Positions 49,550 through 62,107 of a stretch of DNA of 64,000 nucleotides are shown here, piece after piece. The notes below the pieces were generated by a model that saw only the letters and a list, made by a program, of their open reading frames with translations, was not told where the DNA came from and did not search any database. The position numbers and the translations under genes were made by a program. Each line of letters begins with the position of its first letter. Within the stretch, counting starts at the first letter, position 1. Source of the stretch: Camelus dromedarius (taxonomy: Eukaryota); contig NC_087437.1 of the NCBI RefSeq assembly GCF_036321535.1, positions 98,704,001-98,768,000 on the forward strand. Direction: 5' to 3'.

Positions 49550-49746
49550 CAAGGCTTCTCAGCCTCGGCACGACTGCTATTTTGGGCTGGATACCCTGGT
49601 GCATCCTTTTGATATCCTATCATCAGTTGTTTAGCAGCATCCCTGGCCTCTACCCCTCAGATACCAGTAACACTCCCCTCAGATATGACAACAAACAAGT
49701 CAAATGTTCCCAGGGTCAAGGAATTGTTCTTAGTTGAGAACCACTG
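49550..49746. mobile_element. MER20 hAT-Charlie MITE
   Basis: tttagcagcatccctggcctctacccctcagataccagtaac and terminal gttgagaaccactg. Confidence 0.88.
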
Positions 49747-51025
49747 GTCTACATCAAACATTGCTAGATGGGACTCTTAGAAATTATCCTGAAACACTAA
49801 ACTTTATCTAAATTATGCTTTTTATTTCTTTGGCTAACACTGGTGCCCTGAAAATATTACTAAAAATAAAAATGTTTTATTTCATTTCAGCCCATAATAA
49901 TGAATAAATGGGACACTTTCCTAGTGTGTGCAGTTTTAGATGGCACAGCCTACATGACCATACAAAGTGACAAAAAGAACATAGCTCAAAATGTGCTTTC
50001 CCTTTCACTTATCTGTTATTCAAGAATAGGCAGGAGTTTGCACATTTCATTCAGAAAGGAGAAATTGAATTCCTTTTTAACAGAGTTTAATAGAGAAATA
50101 TATGATATCCATAAATAAAGTTAACTTAGAGAAAAATCTCTGTTCTATACTGAATAGTATAAACAATAGTGATTAATCCTTCCTACTGTTAGGTTCAGTG
50201 TGAAACATTCAAGCAGTGGTTCTATTATTAACTCAGGAACATCCAAGCCACTTAGGAGTTAAAGCAAGATATTAAGCACAGATCTGTAAGCTGTTATTAC
50301 TGTCTGCTCTAATAAAGCATATCAAATCGTGCATTACCAGATGCTGCTCCTTCAAGGTTGTACTCACCTTAGTAAGCGGCACGACTAGGTGAACTACAGA
50401 ATCGCCATCACCCCCCCTTCTCTAAACATTTTAAATCTGAAATAAGTGCCAGCTCAAGTCTCAACAAGAACTCATTCTTGTTTGGATCTTTATCTTAATT
50501 AGATGACCTCAGTTTTTATCTACTTATTTCCAGCATTCAAATCTACATTTAAAAGACTTAATTATATACCATTATAAGCACTCAAAAAATGTCCAGTTTT
50601 CCAAGACAACTCAAAAAGAGAATGTAAAAATATTTTGAACAATGATGGCATGTTTGCACAGAATGTAAGATCTCCTAAGGTGACCACCCTGAGGGCAATA
50701 TACATTAGAATTTATATGTTTTTGTATTTTTTTAATTATTAAAATTATTTTATAGATCCAATCTGTAGATGGCCCATTGGCTAAAAATTCTCTGAAAACA
50801 GAAATCAGATTTCTTTACAAAGTTTCAGCTAGTGACACTTAATACAAATACTACTACTTATAATAATAAATTATGAGATAGGATCATTTTGAGCTACTAA
50901 ATAACTTAAGTGAGAGGTAGCGTAGCTTACTGGATAAAACTAGCTGTGTAATCTTGGTTTCCTAATCTGTAAAATGGGTCTAAGAATATTATCAATCTCA
51001 TTGTGTCATTGTAAGGATTAAACTA

Positions 51026-52459
51026 TAGAGATTCCTCAATTGATGATAGGTTTACTCCCTGATAAATCTACTGTAAGCTGAAAAATATAGTAAGTCAAAA
51101 ATGCATTTAATACACTTGTAAAAAATTAATAAACAGAAACCCCAATTAAATAGCTTACATGCCTTGCAACTTGGAGATTTTTGTCCATTGGAAAAGACAC
51201 CTCCAGATGAACTCACTTCAACCTCACCGGGCAGGCCCCATCAGGTACTGCTAATCAACACTGTGCCACCAAACTTTAAAAAATAGACCCTTGGATTTAC
51301 CTAAGTAAATCCTAAAGATTTACTGAACCCAGATTGGACCTGTGCATCTGCTGCTGACATGAAAGTAAAGATTTCCTGAAATTGAAGCAGGTGACATATT
51401 ACAAGACAGCTTTCCCAAGATATCCAGACCAGGTCCATTGGAAGATTGTCACTAAATCTTTGATGATGACATACTGCTTCTTATGATCCCCCAATGTCTA
51501 TGATTTTAATAACATATAGACTTTAGATAAAAAGTGCCTGAGAATTCTTCTTCCAACCGTTCCTTGTTACTTGAATATGACCTCAGTAGGTTTCCAATCT
51601 GTGCACTTTCCCTCCAATACAAGACACTACCCCTAGGAAATGTCCCTCCTGGCATTGAGTGACAAAAAGCCACTGAAACTATAAAACCTGACTCTTCAAA
51701 GAAAGGTTCTGATCAAAAGGGGAAAATGTAAAAAATAAATCAACAGGAAACCCAATTATATAGATTTGGAAGCCCAGAAGAATGATAGCAGAGACCAACA
51801 GGAAGAAGAAAGACTCCTCTTTTTTCCTGGAAAGGACTCAGCGAATTAAAAAACCATGTTCTCTTCATTTACTGTATCCCTCCCAACTTCCTTCTTCCCC
51901 TCTATAAAATTTTTTGAGTTCTCTTGCCCTGCAGGTACTTTTACATGGTTCAGCATAGCTGTAGACCCCAGGTTGCAACTCTGCTGATCCTGAATAAATC
52001 TATCTTTGCTGAGAAAATATCTGGCAATTTATTTGTTTTAGGTCAACACATCTAACTTACTGAACATCTTAGATTAGCCTGGCCTACTTTAAATGTGCTC
52101 AGAACACTTACATTAGCCTAAAGTTTGGCAAAATCTTCTAACATAAAGCCTATTTTACAATAAAAATTTGAATATCTCATGTAATTTATAGACCACTGGA
52201 CTGAAAGCGAAAACCAGAGCTGTTACACGGGTACAGTGGTTGAAATGGTTGTAAGTGTACTGGTTGTTTCCCTCATGATCTCATGGCTAGCTGGGAGCTG
52301 AAGCTGGCTGCCCAGCACCACAGGAGAGTGTTGTACCGCATACACTAGCTTGGGAAGAGATCAAAATTCAAAGTAGTTTTCTACTGAATGTCTATCGCTT
52401 TTGCACCATCATAACAAATTGTAGGTTGAGCTTTCAATTTGTAAGTCAGGGGCTGTCTG
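51026..52459 (+). mobile_element. Tigger3 (Golem/MER7-family) Tc1-mariner MITE, split by an ERV1
   Basis: TA flanks at 51024-51025 and 52460-52461; aaaaatgcatttaatacac | ctaacttactgaacatcttagattagcctggcctactttaaatgtgctcagaacacttacattagcc is continuous across the insertion; end gtaagtcaggggctgtctg. Confidence 0.85.
51117..52048 (+). mobile_element. Internally deleted ERV1 (MER4/MER34-group-like) provirus: 5' LTR stub, integrase C-terminus, PPT and full 3' LTR (51727-52048)
   Basis: Duplicated LTR start tgtaaaaaa(t/a)taa...cag(a/g)aa(c/a)cccaatta at 51117 and 51727; frameshifted GD-FVHWKRHLQ...PHQVLL...CATKL*KIDPWIYLS (GPY/F module); PPT aaaaggggaaaa at 51715-51726; AATAAA in the LTR; ends caaca; TSD-like cact/catc. 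Confidence 0.8.
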
Positions 52460-54134
52460 TAGCTAGCATGTGTAAAGCAAAAAACAAAGGGTTGGCATGT
52501 AGTAAATGTTCAATAAAAATGGCTATTACTGCTGCAAAGCAGTAAAGCCGCTCCTGCTTTATTTCCTTCATGTCCCTTTTCATTCGATTTGACCCAGCTC
52601 CCTAAGGGCTCCGATGTCCTAAACCAAAAATGCTGCTTATAATTTCTTCTACTCTGTTAAGAAATAAAAGACTTGAACCCAAGAGATTCTCTGCCAGCCT
52701 TAGTTTTTATCTCTTGCTTTGTCTTTATTGGTTTTAAGGATCATATCTTCCTTTTGCATTTTACAAATTCTATTTCAATCACTATTTACTTTCATCATAT
52801 ATTAAGTCGTATTGACATTACATGGAAATGAATTTTGTTGGCACAGAATAAAGAACTTAAAAATCATTTTATGAATAATAGAAAGGGAAGGGGGATTATT
52901 TTGTGTGATACGAATCAAGCACAGTGAAAAGAATATAATGCTTCTTCATGGAAGTAGGGTTCCATTGAAGGGTTGAGGAGATTTAAATTCTGTACAATGA
53001 ATACTTTTCCTTTGATGCTCTTGACAATTCAATATAGTTTTTAAATTCACCATATTCTTTTTAACACATTTTTAGGGTAGAGTTTCAGTGATTAATCTCA
53101 TAATCTTAACATATTTATCAACTCCAATGGAAGAAATTCTTCATCTGTCAATATTCATAAATAATAAATGAAATGTAATGGTATTATTATAAATACTATC
53201 AATGATATATGGAAATAAACTTCTAGAGTGCAGCTCTTCCTAACCCAAAAGAAAATGAGCAGAAATATAGACATTATATGTAAAATTACAAACTAAGTAT
53301 CAGAGCTCCTTTGTTACTCAGTTATTTACCTTACAGAGGTAATACTTTTCAAACCTAGAAAGTGTCTGTAAAAAAAATTAAAAATTAATATAAAAAATAA
53401 GGTTACCACAATTTTCAGAATGAGGTTACAAAGTATCTTTGAGAAAAAAAAACCTGAATGATTCTGCTTCCTCATTATCATAAGTAATTTTGTGATGAAC
53501 ACCTTTGATTCTAAGGAAAACAACCAACTTAAAGTGAAACTGCAGACAACATTTCCAGAAGACGACCAATTTTTCCTATTTACTAAGGTTTTTTTTTTTC
53601 AACGATCCATCAAGATCAAATATAATTTTAGGAAGCTCTTTATCTGAGAATAGCATAAGATGTATAGTGGGAGAAAATGCTGAAATCTTTTAATCATACA
53701 TTTGTACAAAAGAGTGCCTGCAAAAGCAGTCTTGAAGACACCCTGAACTGGGACAAAACCTTGAGAGATCTGGGACATGTGGCTGGATGCTGCCCCAAAG
53801 TGGTTATAATGGTAAAAAAAGAAAAAGGTGATGGAGAAGTTACACCACCTGTACGTAAGAAAGCGTGAGGCCATGGATATTGCCTCTATGCATTGTTCTT
53901 CTCCCCAGAGCTCCAGAAAAGCAGAGGGATAAACTACTCCCCATTGTTTTCTCAGATTGGCACTCTACCCCTGCCATTTAATATTCTCATCCCTCAGAAC
54001 ATTTTGTTTCAACCTAAATTTATCTGATTAAAAAATGATGCAGTAAAGAAATACCAGGTAAGGGGTTTGTGTCTAGAATATATCCTCTAGGAGATCTATA
54101 ACACTATAACTGAATAAGAAGAAGGCAAAAAAAT

Positions 54135-54995
54135 TTAAAATGAGCACATAATTTGAACAAACAACTCACCAAGGAAGAGATTTAAATGGTAAGTATATCA
54201 AAAGATGTTCAACATCATTAGTCATTAGGGAAAAGCCAATTAAAAATTAAGGTAAGGTACTGCCTTACACATCCTAGAGTGGATAAAATGTTTCAAACTG
54301 ATAATACAAAGTGCTGATGAGGACGTGGAGCATCTGAAACTCCTATATGTTCCACTAATGGCGATACAAAATGGTATAAACACTTTGAAACATAATTTTG
54401 AAGAATAAACATACACTTATCTTATAATCAAGCAATATCTCTTCCAAGTATTTCCCTAAAATTATGTTCACACAAAACACATGTTCCCATAAACACTTGT
54501 ATGTAAATGTACACAGATTTTTGTATTCATAATTACCCTAAAGCAAAAACAACCCAAGCGTCCATCAGCTGGTGAATTCATGAACAAATTGTGATAATGC
54601 CAGACAATGAAATATTACTCAGCAGCAAACTGGATGAACTATGAAGGTGATAACATGGAAGAATCTCAAAAACAGTATGCTAACTGAAAGAAGCCAGACA
54701 CAAAAGATTTATATACTGTATGACTCCACTAATATTAATACCTAGAAAGAGCAAAATTAAAGGGACATAAGTCAGAGTAGTGATTGCCAGGGGGCTGGAG
54801 ATGGAGGAAGAGGACTGATTACAAAGGAGTACAAGGAGAATTTTTGGAATGATAGGAATAGTCTGTCTATATCTTGATGGAAGTAGGGGTTGCACAACTA
54901 TGTACATTCATCAAAATTTATAAAACTCTGTGCTTTAAAAGAGTGAATTTTACCACATGTGAATTATACTTCAATAAGCTTGACTTTAAAAGAAA
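54135..54995 (+). mobile_element. L1 (L1MC/L1ME-type) 3' end
   Basis: aaaagatgttcaacatcattagtcattaggg, aagtgctgatgaggacgtggagcatctgaaactc, aatctcaaaaacagtatgctaactgaaagaagccagacacaaaa, gaattatacttcaataa. Confidence 0.85.
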
Positions 54996-55214
54996 ATGAT
55001 GCAGTGTATCTGAGATCACCCCCCCCCACCTGCAGGGTAGCTCATTCCAAACCCAAACTTCCCTACACAGAACCAAGACACAATCAGGGGAATAGATGTA
55101 GATTATCATTATTTATTTTAACTTTTCACAATTCTTTAGTATTGGATGCAACCATCCAAAATCTGGTAGTACTGTTGCCCTTGGTAAGAAATTAACAATT
55201 TTCCTAAGGTTTCT

Positions 55215-55635
55215 GCATTAAGCGGGAGAGAAGGTCACGCTATGGGAGCGAACCTCAAATGTCAGTGGTTTAGCACAGCAGACACTTATTTCCTAATCAT
55301 GTACATTTTGCTGTGGTTTTCTGATGACTTTCTAGAACAACTGTTGTCCACACAGTCACCTGGCGGTCTCGGATGAGTCTGTCTCCACCACACTGTGGCT
55401 GTATCAGTGGTAGCAAGCAGTGTCTGGGTCAATGTGACGGGGAGTGGGAATGCTCACAGCAGCAATTAAATGCTGTGGCCTGGAAGTGAGAACACATCAT
55501 ATTTTCCACAATGTTTTTTCTAGGAACTGGTCACATGGTACAGCCTAATTGTATGGGCAGAGAAGTACAAATTCTCCCTTTGTGCCAGAAAGAAGAAAAT
55601 AACCAGCTAAGGGTAAGCACCAGAATCCTCCAGCA
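55215..55635 (-). mobile_element. Old MLT1 (J/K-type) MaLR LTR
   Basis: caaatgtcagtggtttagcacagcagacacttatttc, ggcctggaagtgagaacacatca, ggaactggtcacatgg. Confidence 0.65.
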
Positions 55636-56552
55636 CATTTCTTTCTATTTTATTCCACTATGTATTTTCTGCTATTTCTTATTCCAGTAAATATTCATTC
55701 ATTCATTCTTCTGGACTGCAAAGTAACAATACATTCCCAGGCAGAAGCAGTATGGTAGCATAATTCTTGCTCTGAATTTCATCATTTGATGCTCCACATT
55801 GTTGTACTGGGGCAAATGGAGCCTGCCAAGGGCCTAGTGGTTTCTTCTGGGATTTTCTGTTAAGTTTTATTATCCAGGGGCTGTTGGAGATTAGCTTTGC
55901 TCACTTCTGCTCAGTCTTCTTGCATCTGGGAATTTGGGAGCAATTAATGTCATCTTTTAATGACAGAGGGAATTAACTCTGTGTGTTAGCTATGTTGATA
56001 GAATAAACTGAAAGGTTCAGATGGCAGTCTGAACTTCTGAACTCTGGGGGCCAAATACACAATTCTTGAGAGATCCCTGAAGACAAAAAGTGGAGGAGAA
56101 AAAGAAACTCCTTCTCCAGCACTCATAGGAAGAGCTTTTACATCATCATGGATTAGGTCTGAGAATCTACCCACCGCAGGGAGAGGAGTAGCGTTCAGAT
56201 CATCGGTGAAGTAGAGGTTTCTATGGAGGTAGGAAAAAAGCTGCTGGAAGAGGAGGCAATGGATCGATAGTTGGGTAGGAACGTGGAACAAACAGACATT
56301 GATTCATCTCAATCCCAAAATGGTGCTTTTGGAAGGCAATAGAAATTCATGGGTCCTTGAATCTGTTCCACCTTTTCCCATTTAAAAAAAAAAAAATGAG
56401 TTAACCATTTGGATCCATTATAAAGAGTGAATCAACAGATAATGTGGTCAAAGTAAAATCATTGTTGTAGACTGAACTGTCATTTTCATAAGAATGATGA
56501 TTCTAGTTGAGACAAGAACAACAATATCAAAATGTGTGCGTGTGTATATGAC

Positions 56553-56574
56553 TGTGTGTGTGTGTGTGTGTGTG
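56553..56574. repeat. (TG)n microsatellite
   Basis: Seen directly. Confidence 0.9.
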
Positions 56575-57189
56575 CTACTCACATAACACAAGTATTAGGA
56601 GGCGTAAAATAGGTGAGCAGAAAGAAACTTTCAGGGAGGGCAGACAGAGTCTCTGTCACGATGCCACACGAGCAGTTAGAGCATAAGTCATAGAAGAAGC
56701 TGTACGTGGTGCTTTGTCTACCCCCTTCTCTACTCGGCACACCAATGGCAGACAGTGTTCAAGGAGTGCAGCTTCCTTTCCTTGGAAACCAGACAAGGCC
56801 CCAGCATCCCTTTCAGCCCCTTATTAAAAGTAGTCACTACACAAATCAATCAACCAGTCAGTCAGTCAATCATCAATCTTTGCATTTGATTTAAAAGCTA
56901 TTTTATATCGAAGATCAGCAAAGGATTTCTGAATTTTGAATGATCCTCAAGACACTTTCAAAGATAGGCTTCTTTCCACTAAAAACTTGGAAAGTTCATC
57001 TACTTTCTTCTTCCTTTCTTTTTTTCCTTTCTTCTATCTTTCCTTGAATAAACATATATTAAGAACTATCACACACCATGCCAGGTACTAGAGATGCAAT
57101 GATGACCAGGACACAGTAGGGAAAATCTAGGTAATGTTCATCATTTGTAACCATTCCCTCCTGAAAAGATTTTCTCCTCTTTGCAGAAA

Positions 57190-58275
57190 GCTATGTGGAC
57201 CTAGTTTCATCCCACAACTCTGGCAATGCCTATTCATTCCATCTCTACTGCCATCATCCCAGGATAAACTCTGTCATCTCTTGCCTGGATTGCTGCAGGA
57301 GCCACCATAACACTTCTTTGTATTTGCTCAGATCCCATCCAACTCATTCTCCACACTGGAGGCAGAGCAATTTCACTCCAGATCATGTGGTTCCCCCACT
57401 TAAAACACTCCAGTGGATTTTCCTTGCTCTTAAGACAGAAGCTTTACATGAAATAAGCCAGAAAATTAACAAAAAATACCATATGATATCACTTATATAT
57501 GGAATCTAAAAAAAGACACAAATGAACTTTTTTACAAAACAGAAACAGACTCACAGACATAGAGAACAAACTTATGGTTATGGGGAGGATGAGGGTGGGA
57601 AGGGATAAATTGGTAGTTCGAGATTTGCAGATACTAACTACTATATATAAAATAGATAAACAACAAGTTTCTACTATACAGTATACAGTATATGGCACAG
57701 GGAACTATATCCAATATTTTGTAGTAACTTATAATGAAAAAGAATATGAAGACAAATATATGTATGTATATGTAAGACTGAAACATTATGCTGGACACCA
57801 GAAATTGACACAACATTGTAAATTGACTATACTTCAATAAAAAGAATGCAAAAAAAAATTGTTTAAAATACAGAAGCTAACACTTCTAAAATGGCTCCAA
57901 GGCCCTGCACAATTCGTTCCATGCCTGTTTATCCAGCTTCATTACTGCACCTCTCTCTTCACGCTCTGTGATCCAACCACAATGCTCCTCTTCCATTTCA
58001 TAAATCGCCCTATTTCTTTCTGCCTTGGGACTTTGGACATGATGCTTTGCACCTGGAATGCTCTTTTCCAACGTCTCTCTCTAATTAACTCAGTCACTTT
58101 TCAGATTTCAGCTCAGAAGTCAGTTTCTCAGAGAATTCTTCTCTCTGACCACTTGCCTCTCTCCCAGACTAAATTTAATTAATTTCACATTCCTAAATAC
58201 CTTTCCTTCTTTCATTGCATTTAGTGATTATGCATTTTACCTGCTTGATTACTTGATTAATGTCTGCCTTCCCTC
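57190..58275 (+). mobile_element. L2 LINE interrupted by an L1 3' fragment
   Basis: catcatctc-like tgtcatctcttgcctggattgctgcagg, cagatcatgtggttcccccacttaaaacactccagtgg, aaggccctgcac, tgcacctggaatgctctttt. Confidence 0.8.
57448..57858 (+). mobile_element. Cetartiodactyl-type L1 3' UTR (5'-truncated) with poly(A)
   Basis: aaaaaataccatatgatatcacttatatatggaatctaaaaaaagacacaaatgaac ... acaacattgtaaattgactatacttcaataaaaa; TSD-like ACAGAAGCT on both flanks. Confidence 0.9.
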
Positions 58276-58336
58276 TGAGGCTATAATCTCAATGACTACC
58301 TGATGGGCACAAGGAAAATGCCTGCTTTGATCCTAA

Positions 58337-58380
58337 GTGTGTGTGTTTGTGTGTGTGTGTGTGTGAGAGAGAGAGATAGA
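58337..58380. repeat. Compound (TG)n(AG)n microsatellite
   Basis: Seen directly. Confidence 0.9.
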
Positions 58381-59119
58381 AAGAGATGTATCTTGCACAT
58401 AGTAGATGCTCAAGAAATAGTTGAAGCATGAAGGCACAAGAAAACAACTTGTTGCATGACTGAATAACTAAAGGTAGCTTACAATCTAGCAGAGAACAAA
58501 AATAAGTAGATAAATAATCAGCATACAGTTGGATTAGTGCCGTGAGAAGACAAGTCCAGTGTGCTATGGACAAACATAAGACGGGGCCTAATTTCAATTT
58601 TGAGGGGCTACCATAGTAGACATGAGAAGGAATCATAAAATCAGAGTTGCAGCAGGCACATGCACAGAAACGGAGCAATTTGACATTTCCAGCCCTTGCA
58701 GGGCGATGCATAGTAGTAAATAAGAACAGAAATACAAGCCGGGAAAGTTCAGCTGAAACAAAGGGGTAAATTTTAAAGTCTGAACTCTAAAAATTGCAAA
58801 CAGAGAGATGAAGAATTCTTCAATTAGCACATTTGCCCGTATTTGTGGAAGTGACTACACTGAGGCTGCTCAACATAAAAAAAAGCACAGAGCAAGTCGG
58901 CCAATGATGACTTATTTATATTTAATTGTATTAAGTTTCATCATTTTCATAATGAAAATCTCCATACTCAGAGAATAAGAGAACAGGGGTCAATGCTGGT
59001 GTAGGTTTTTCCCTTTAATTGGTCATTGCTGGAAAGGAGGGGAGGAAGCACAAGGATTTCACTTTTGTTACAGCTGAGCTCTGTTTCTAGGCACTTCATA
59101 TGTGGATGCATAGGTACAA

Positions 59120-59290
59120 TTTATACACACATTATAGTAAATTAAATAAATTAAATACAAACAAGTTAAATAATTTATTTAAATTATATATCTAAGTAAA
59201 TTAAATATGTAATAAGTTATACACACAATACAATAAATATACACACAATATAACAATTTAAATTTATACACACAATAAAATAAATTAAAT
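59120..59290. repeat. AT-rich degenerate minisatellite with four TATACACACA units
   Basis: Units at 59122, 59218, 59238 and 59265. Confidence 0.65.
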
Positions 59291-60129
59291 ACATCGAGCT
59301 CCTGATAGCTTAGCCTACCAGCCCACCTGTTAGACGGCCAGATGATTGTGCTGGATGAAGATGTATTCTGATGGAAGATGGGCCACATTGTACTCACGAG
59401 CAAACATCCCCTCAAACAGCTTTGCTGCGGATTTGCCGTGTAGCTTCCAGGGCTGGAGAAGTGAAGGGAAGATCGCTTGAGAGTCTTTTGATGACACAGC
59501 CCTGCAGCACCAGGGCAGAATGTAAATGTAAAGTCACAGAACCCATTTTTCCCTCACTGTGATCAACCAGATTTTGCTGTAGGGCAGCAAATAACTTTGG
59601 GGTCCGGTGGGAGAAGCCACACAGCTGTCACTACCTTGAAAAAAATGGAAATCAGAAAAAGCATTCAGCAATGTCACACTGCCGTAGGCATGTCAGAAGC
59701 TGCCCTAGGGACCTCATCCTCCTCCTCATTCTCAGTAAAGGGAATTAAATATCATTGGTGAGCGTGGAACTTCCCTGATTTCACCATTACCTTCTCATTT
59801 CCAAGGTGCTTTGTGTCTTCTTAAAGTACTAAAACAGTGTCTAATGAAATCTAGAAATAGTGTTTCATTCTTGCACAAAGAATTTTGCTCTTTGGGAAAC
59901 TTCACTCATTCTTTCTGAATTAATATTTTCAGGGCAATGTGACACTTTAGTATGAAAATCAGATTATATATCAAGGTTAGTCTTCCTGAAATTATCTTAA
60001 TACTTGTAAGAAGTGTGTGTCTTTGGTTAAAAGCATGATAATAATTAATGATAAATATAATGCGCTTTTTTAACATATGGTATGTAATTGAAGAACGCCA
60101 TAGGTAAGTACAGAAGATAAAAAGAAATA

Positions 60130-60363
60130 GACTTGTATTCAGAATTACTGGCTCTAATTCATCTAGCGAGGTGTCCTTAAATGAATCACTTAATTGTCTG
60201 TGCCATAGGTACCTTACATGTAAAACATTAGTAGTAGCCAGAGTCTTAACTCCTTAAAGGGATAATATATTTAAAATATTGTGAGTATAAGTTTGGGAAA
60301 CTTTAAGGCACTAATATGTTACTTATTATTATTATTATTATCATCATCATCATCATCATCATT
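60130..60363 (+). mobile_element. MIR fragment ending in (ATT)n(CAT)n
   Basis: ggctctaattcatctagcgaggtgtccttaaatgaatcacttaattgtctgtgcc; trinucleotide tail at 60325-60363. Confidence 0.55.
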
Positions 60364-61345
60364 AGAAGTTAGATAAATAATTGAGATTGTCTTTAGATAC
60401 ATCTTTAGATTTTATACAGTCATTCTTTTTCTTGGTTTGGAGTACACGGTGTTTTTCTAAAATGAGCTTTGCGGTGCATTGGTCCTCAGGAATGACAGCT
60501 TACTGGAGTATTGTTTTTGCTTTATTTTACATTAAAATAAACTTCTCAGACTTCATACATTTATGAGTTCACCGGGTCACCACGACTTTTGCAAGATGGT
60601 GTTGCGTTTGTATCAGATGGTCTCAGTGCTTTTCTGCATGAAATACTTTCCCACTGTTGTTAGTTTTCAGCACTTACACACAGGCCCTGGGCGTCTCTCT
60701 GACCATCCCCGCTCATCCCAGGTGAGCCCTGGTCTTTGCATAGGTACACCGACGCCCTCTGCTGGATTGACTGCGCAGGTAGCCTCGGAGTCCCTGCTCA
60801 AGCATGCAGTTCCTCTCCTGCGTTATCAGAGCTGAGTGTACATGTACAATCCTCATTAGGGGCTTGGTGAAGTTGGTAATTACAGAAGTTTGGGTATGTC
60901 AGAAAGACGCTTTGAGTAACCCAATAAACAAGCAATCTGACTTTTTTAACTCTGGAGTAAGTTTCAACAACACTTAGCAGAAATTGACTCATGTTCACAT
61001 TTTGGAACGCCCGTGCCTTTGGTTGATTCAGCGTACTTTGCTGGTGCATCCGCACATCCTGCAGACGGAGAGCTATTTTACCTCATGTGCATTAGAAGAG
61101 ATGGTCCCTAACAGTGTAGGATGATCTACCAGTGAGATACAGCTTCTCCTTCTGCGTTAGTTAGACACCGGTAAGCTATACTTCAGTTATTCTGTTATCA
61201 AATATTTATTGAAAACCTACTATGTACCTAGAAATGTTTTAAGACAGGGATACAACAATCTATAAAATATTTTTATGAAATTATTACCAGTAACCTTGTG
61301 TCTATTTCTGACCTGCTGAAACAGAAGTTCTAATAGGAACACAAC

Positions 61346-61454
61346 TAGGGTGACCAGCTATACCGGTTCGCCTGGACCAAAGGCTGTCTGAGGATGCAGG
61401 AACTTTAGTGCTTAAAAACAAGTCGTAGGCAAACTGGAATGAGTTGGCCACTCT
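61346..61454. mobile_element. MER81-like hAT-Blackjack MITE
   Basis: tagggtgaccagctataccggttcgcctggac ... ggcaaactggaatgagttggccactct inverted termini. Confidence 0.7.
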
Positions 61455-62107
61455 GAATACTTTTCCCATGATAGAAGATTGTAACGTATGGCAGTATTTA
61501 TCGAAAAATAACCTTTCAATAGCATTAGGTTTATCACTAATACTATGATTCTGAACAGTTTCTTCTCATTTAAAACTTGTTGTCAGTTCTGTACACACTG
61601 CTTATGAATCAATCTATTGAATTGCCATTTACAAAGCATTTTCTTCTATAGAAAAGATGCTGAGCAAACCTAAAATCACAGATACAAATTTTCCCTGTGA
61701 AAGCCAAGGAAAATGAACACTAGAAAAGCCAAGTTCAACCTCATAAGATGCAAAAAGAGCTTCAGTCATGGAGGATGAAAGACCTTAGAAAGGGAAATTA
61801 AAACCAGAAAGATATTTATTAATGTATCTATGAGAAAGACAAGCAGTATTCATTAAACAGGTAATTAAAAAAAAAAACCCACTGAAACTAAAAAGCTTAA
61901 AACTGAAAAGATCCAAAAAGCACACAGCTCTTTCTGCCCAAACAAAATAGTTTCCCCTTGGATTTGGATGTCATTTATCTTCTGACATGTTATTCCAAAA
62001 AATTAGTCTATGTTTCTCATTGATAAAAGTTCCTCGCATTCTATTTAAATATGATCCTCTTAATTCTCATCATTTTGCTTTAGAAAAAAAAAATCTTCAT
62101 AGATCCA

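Larger units (their letters stand above)
50905..52530 (+). mobile_element. MIR split by the Tigger3 insertion (parts ~50905-51025 and ~52462-52530)
   Basis: tttcctaatctgtaaaatggg...gtaaggattaaa before the insertion; catgtgtaaagca...ggcatgtagtaaatgttcaataaaaatggctatta after it. Confidence 0.7.

Noticed and set aside
55986-56291. 101-aa minus ORF as a single-exon gene
   Set aside because: No recognisable domain or promoter context; only an internal exon-like part has splice signals and is listed among the findings.
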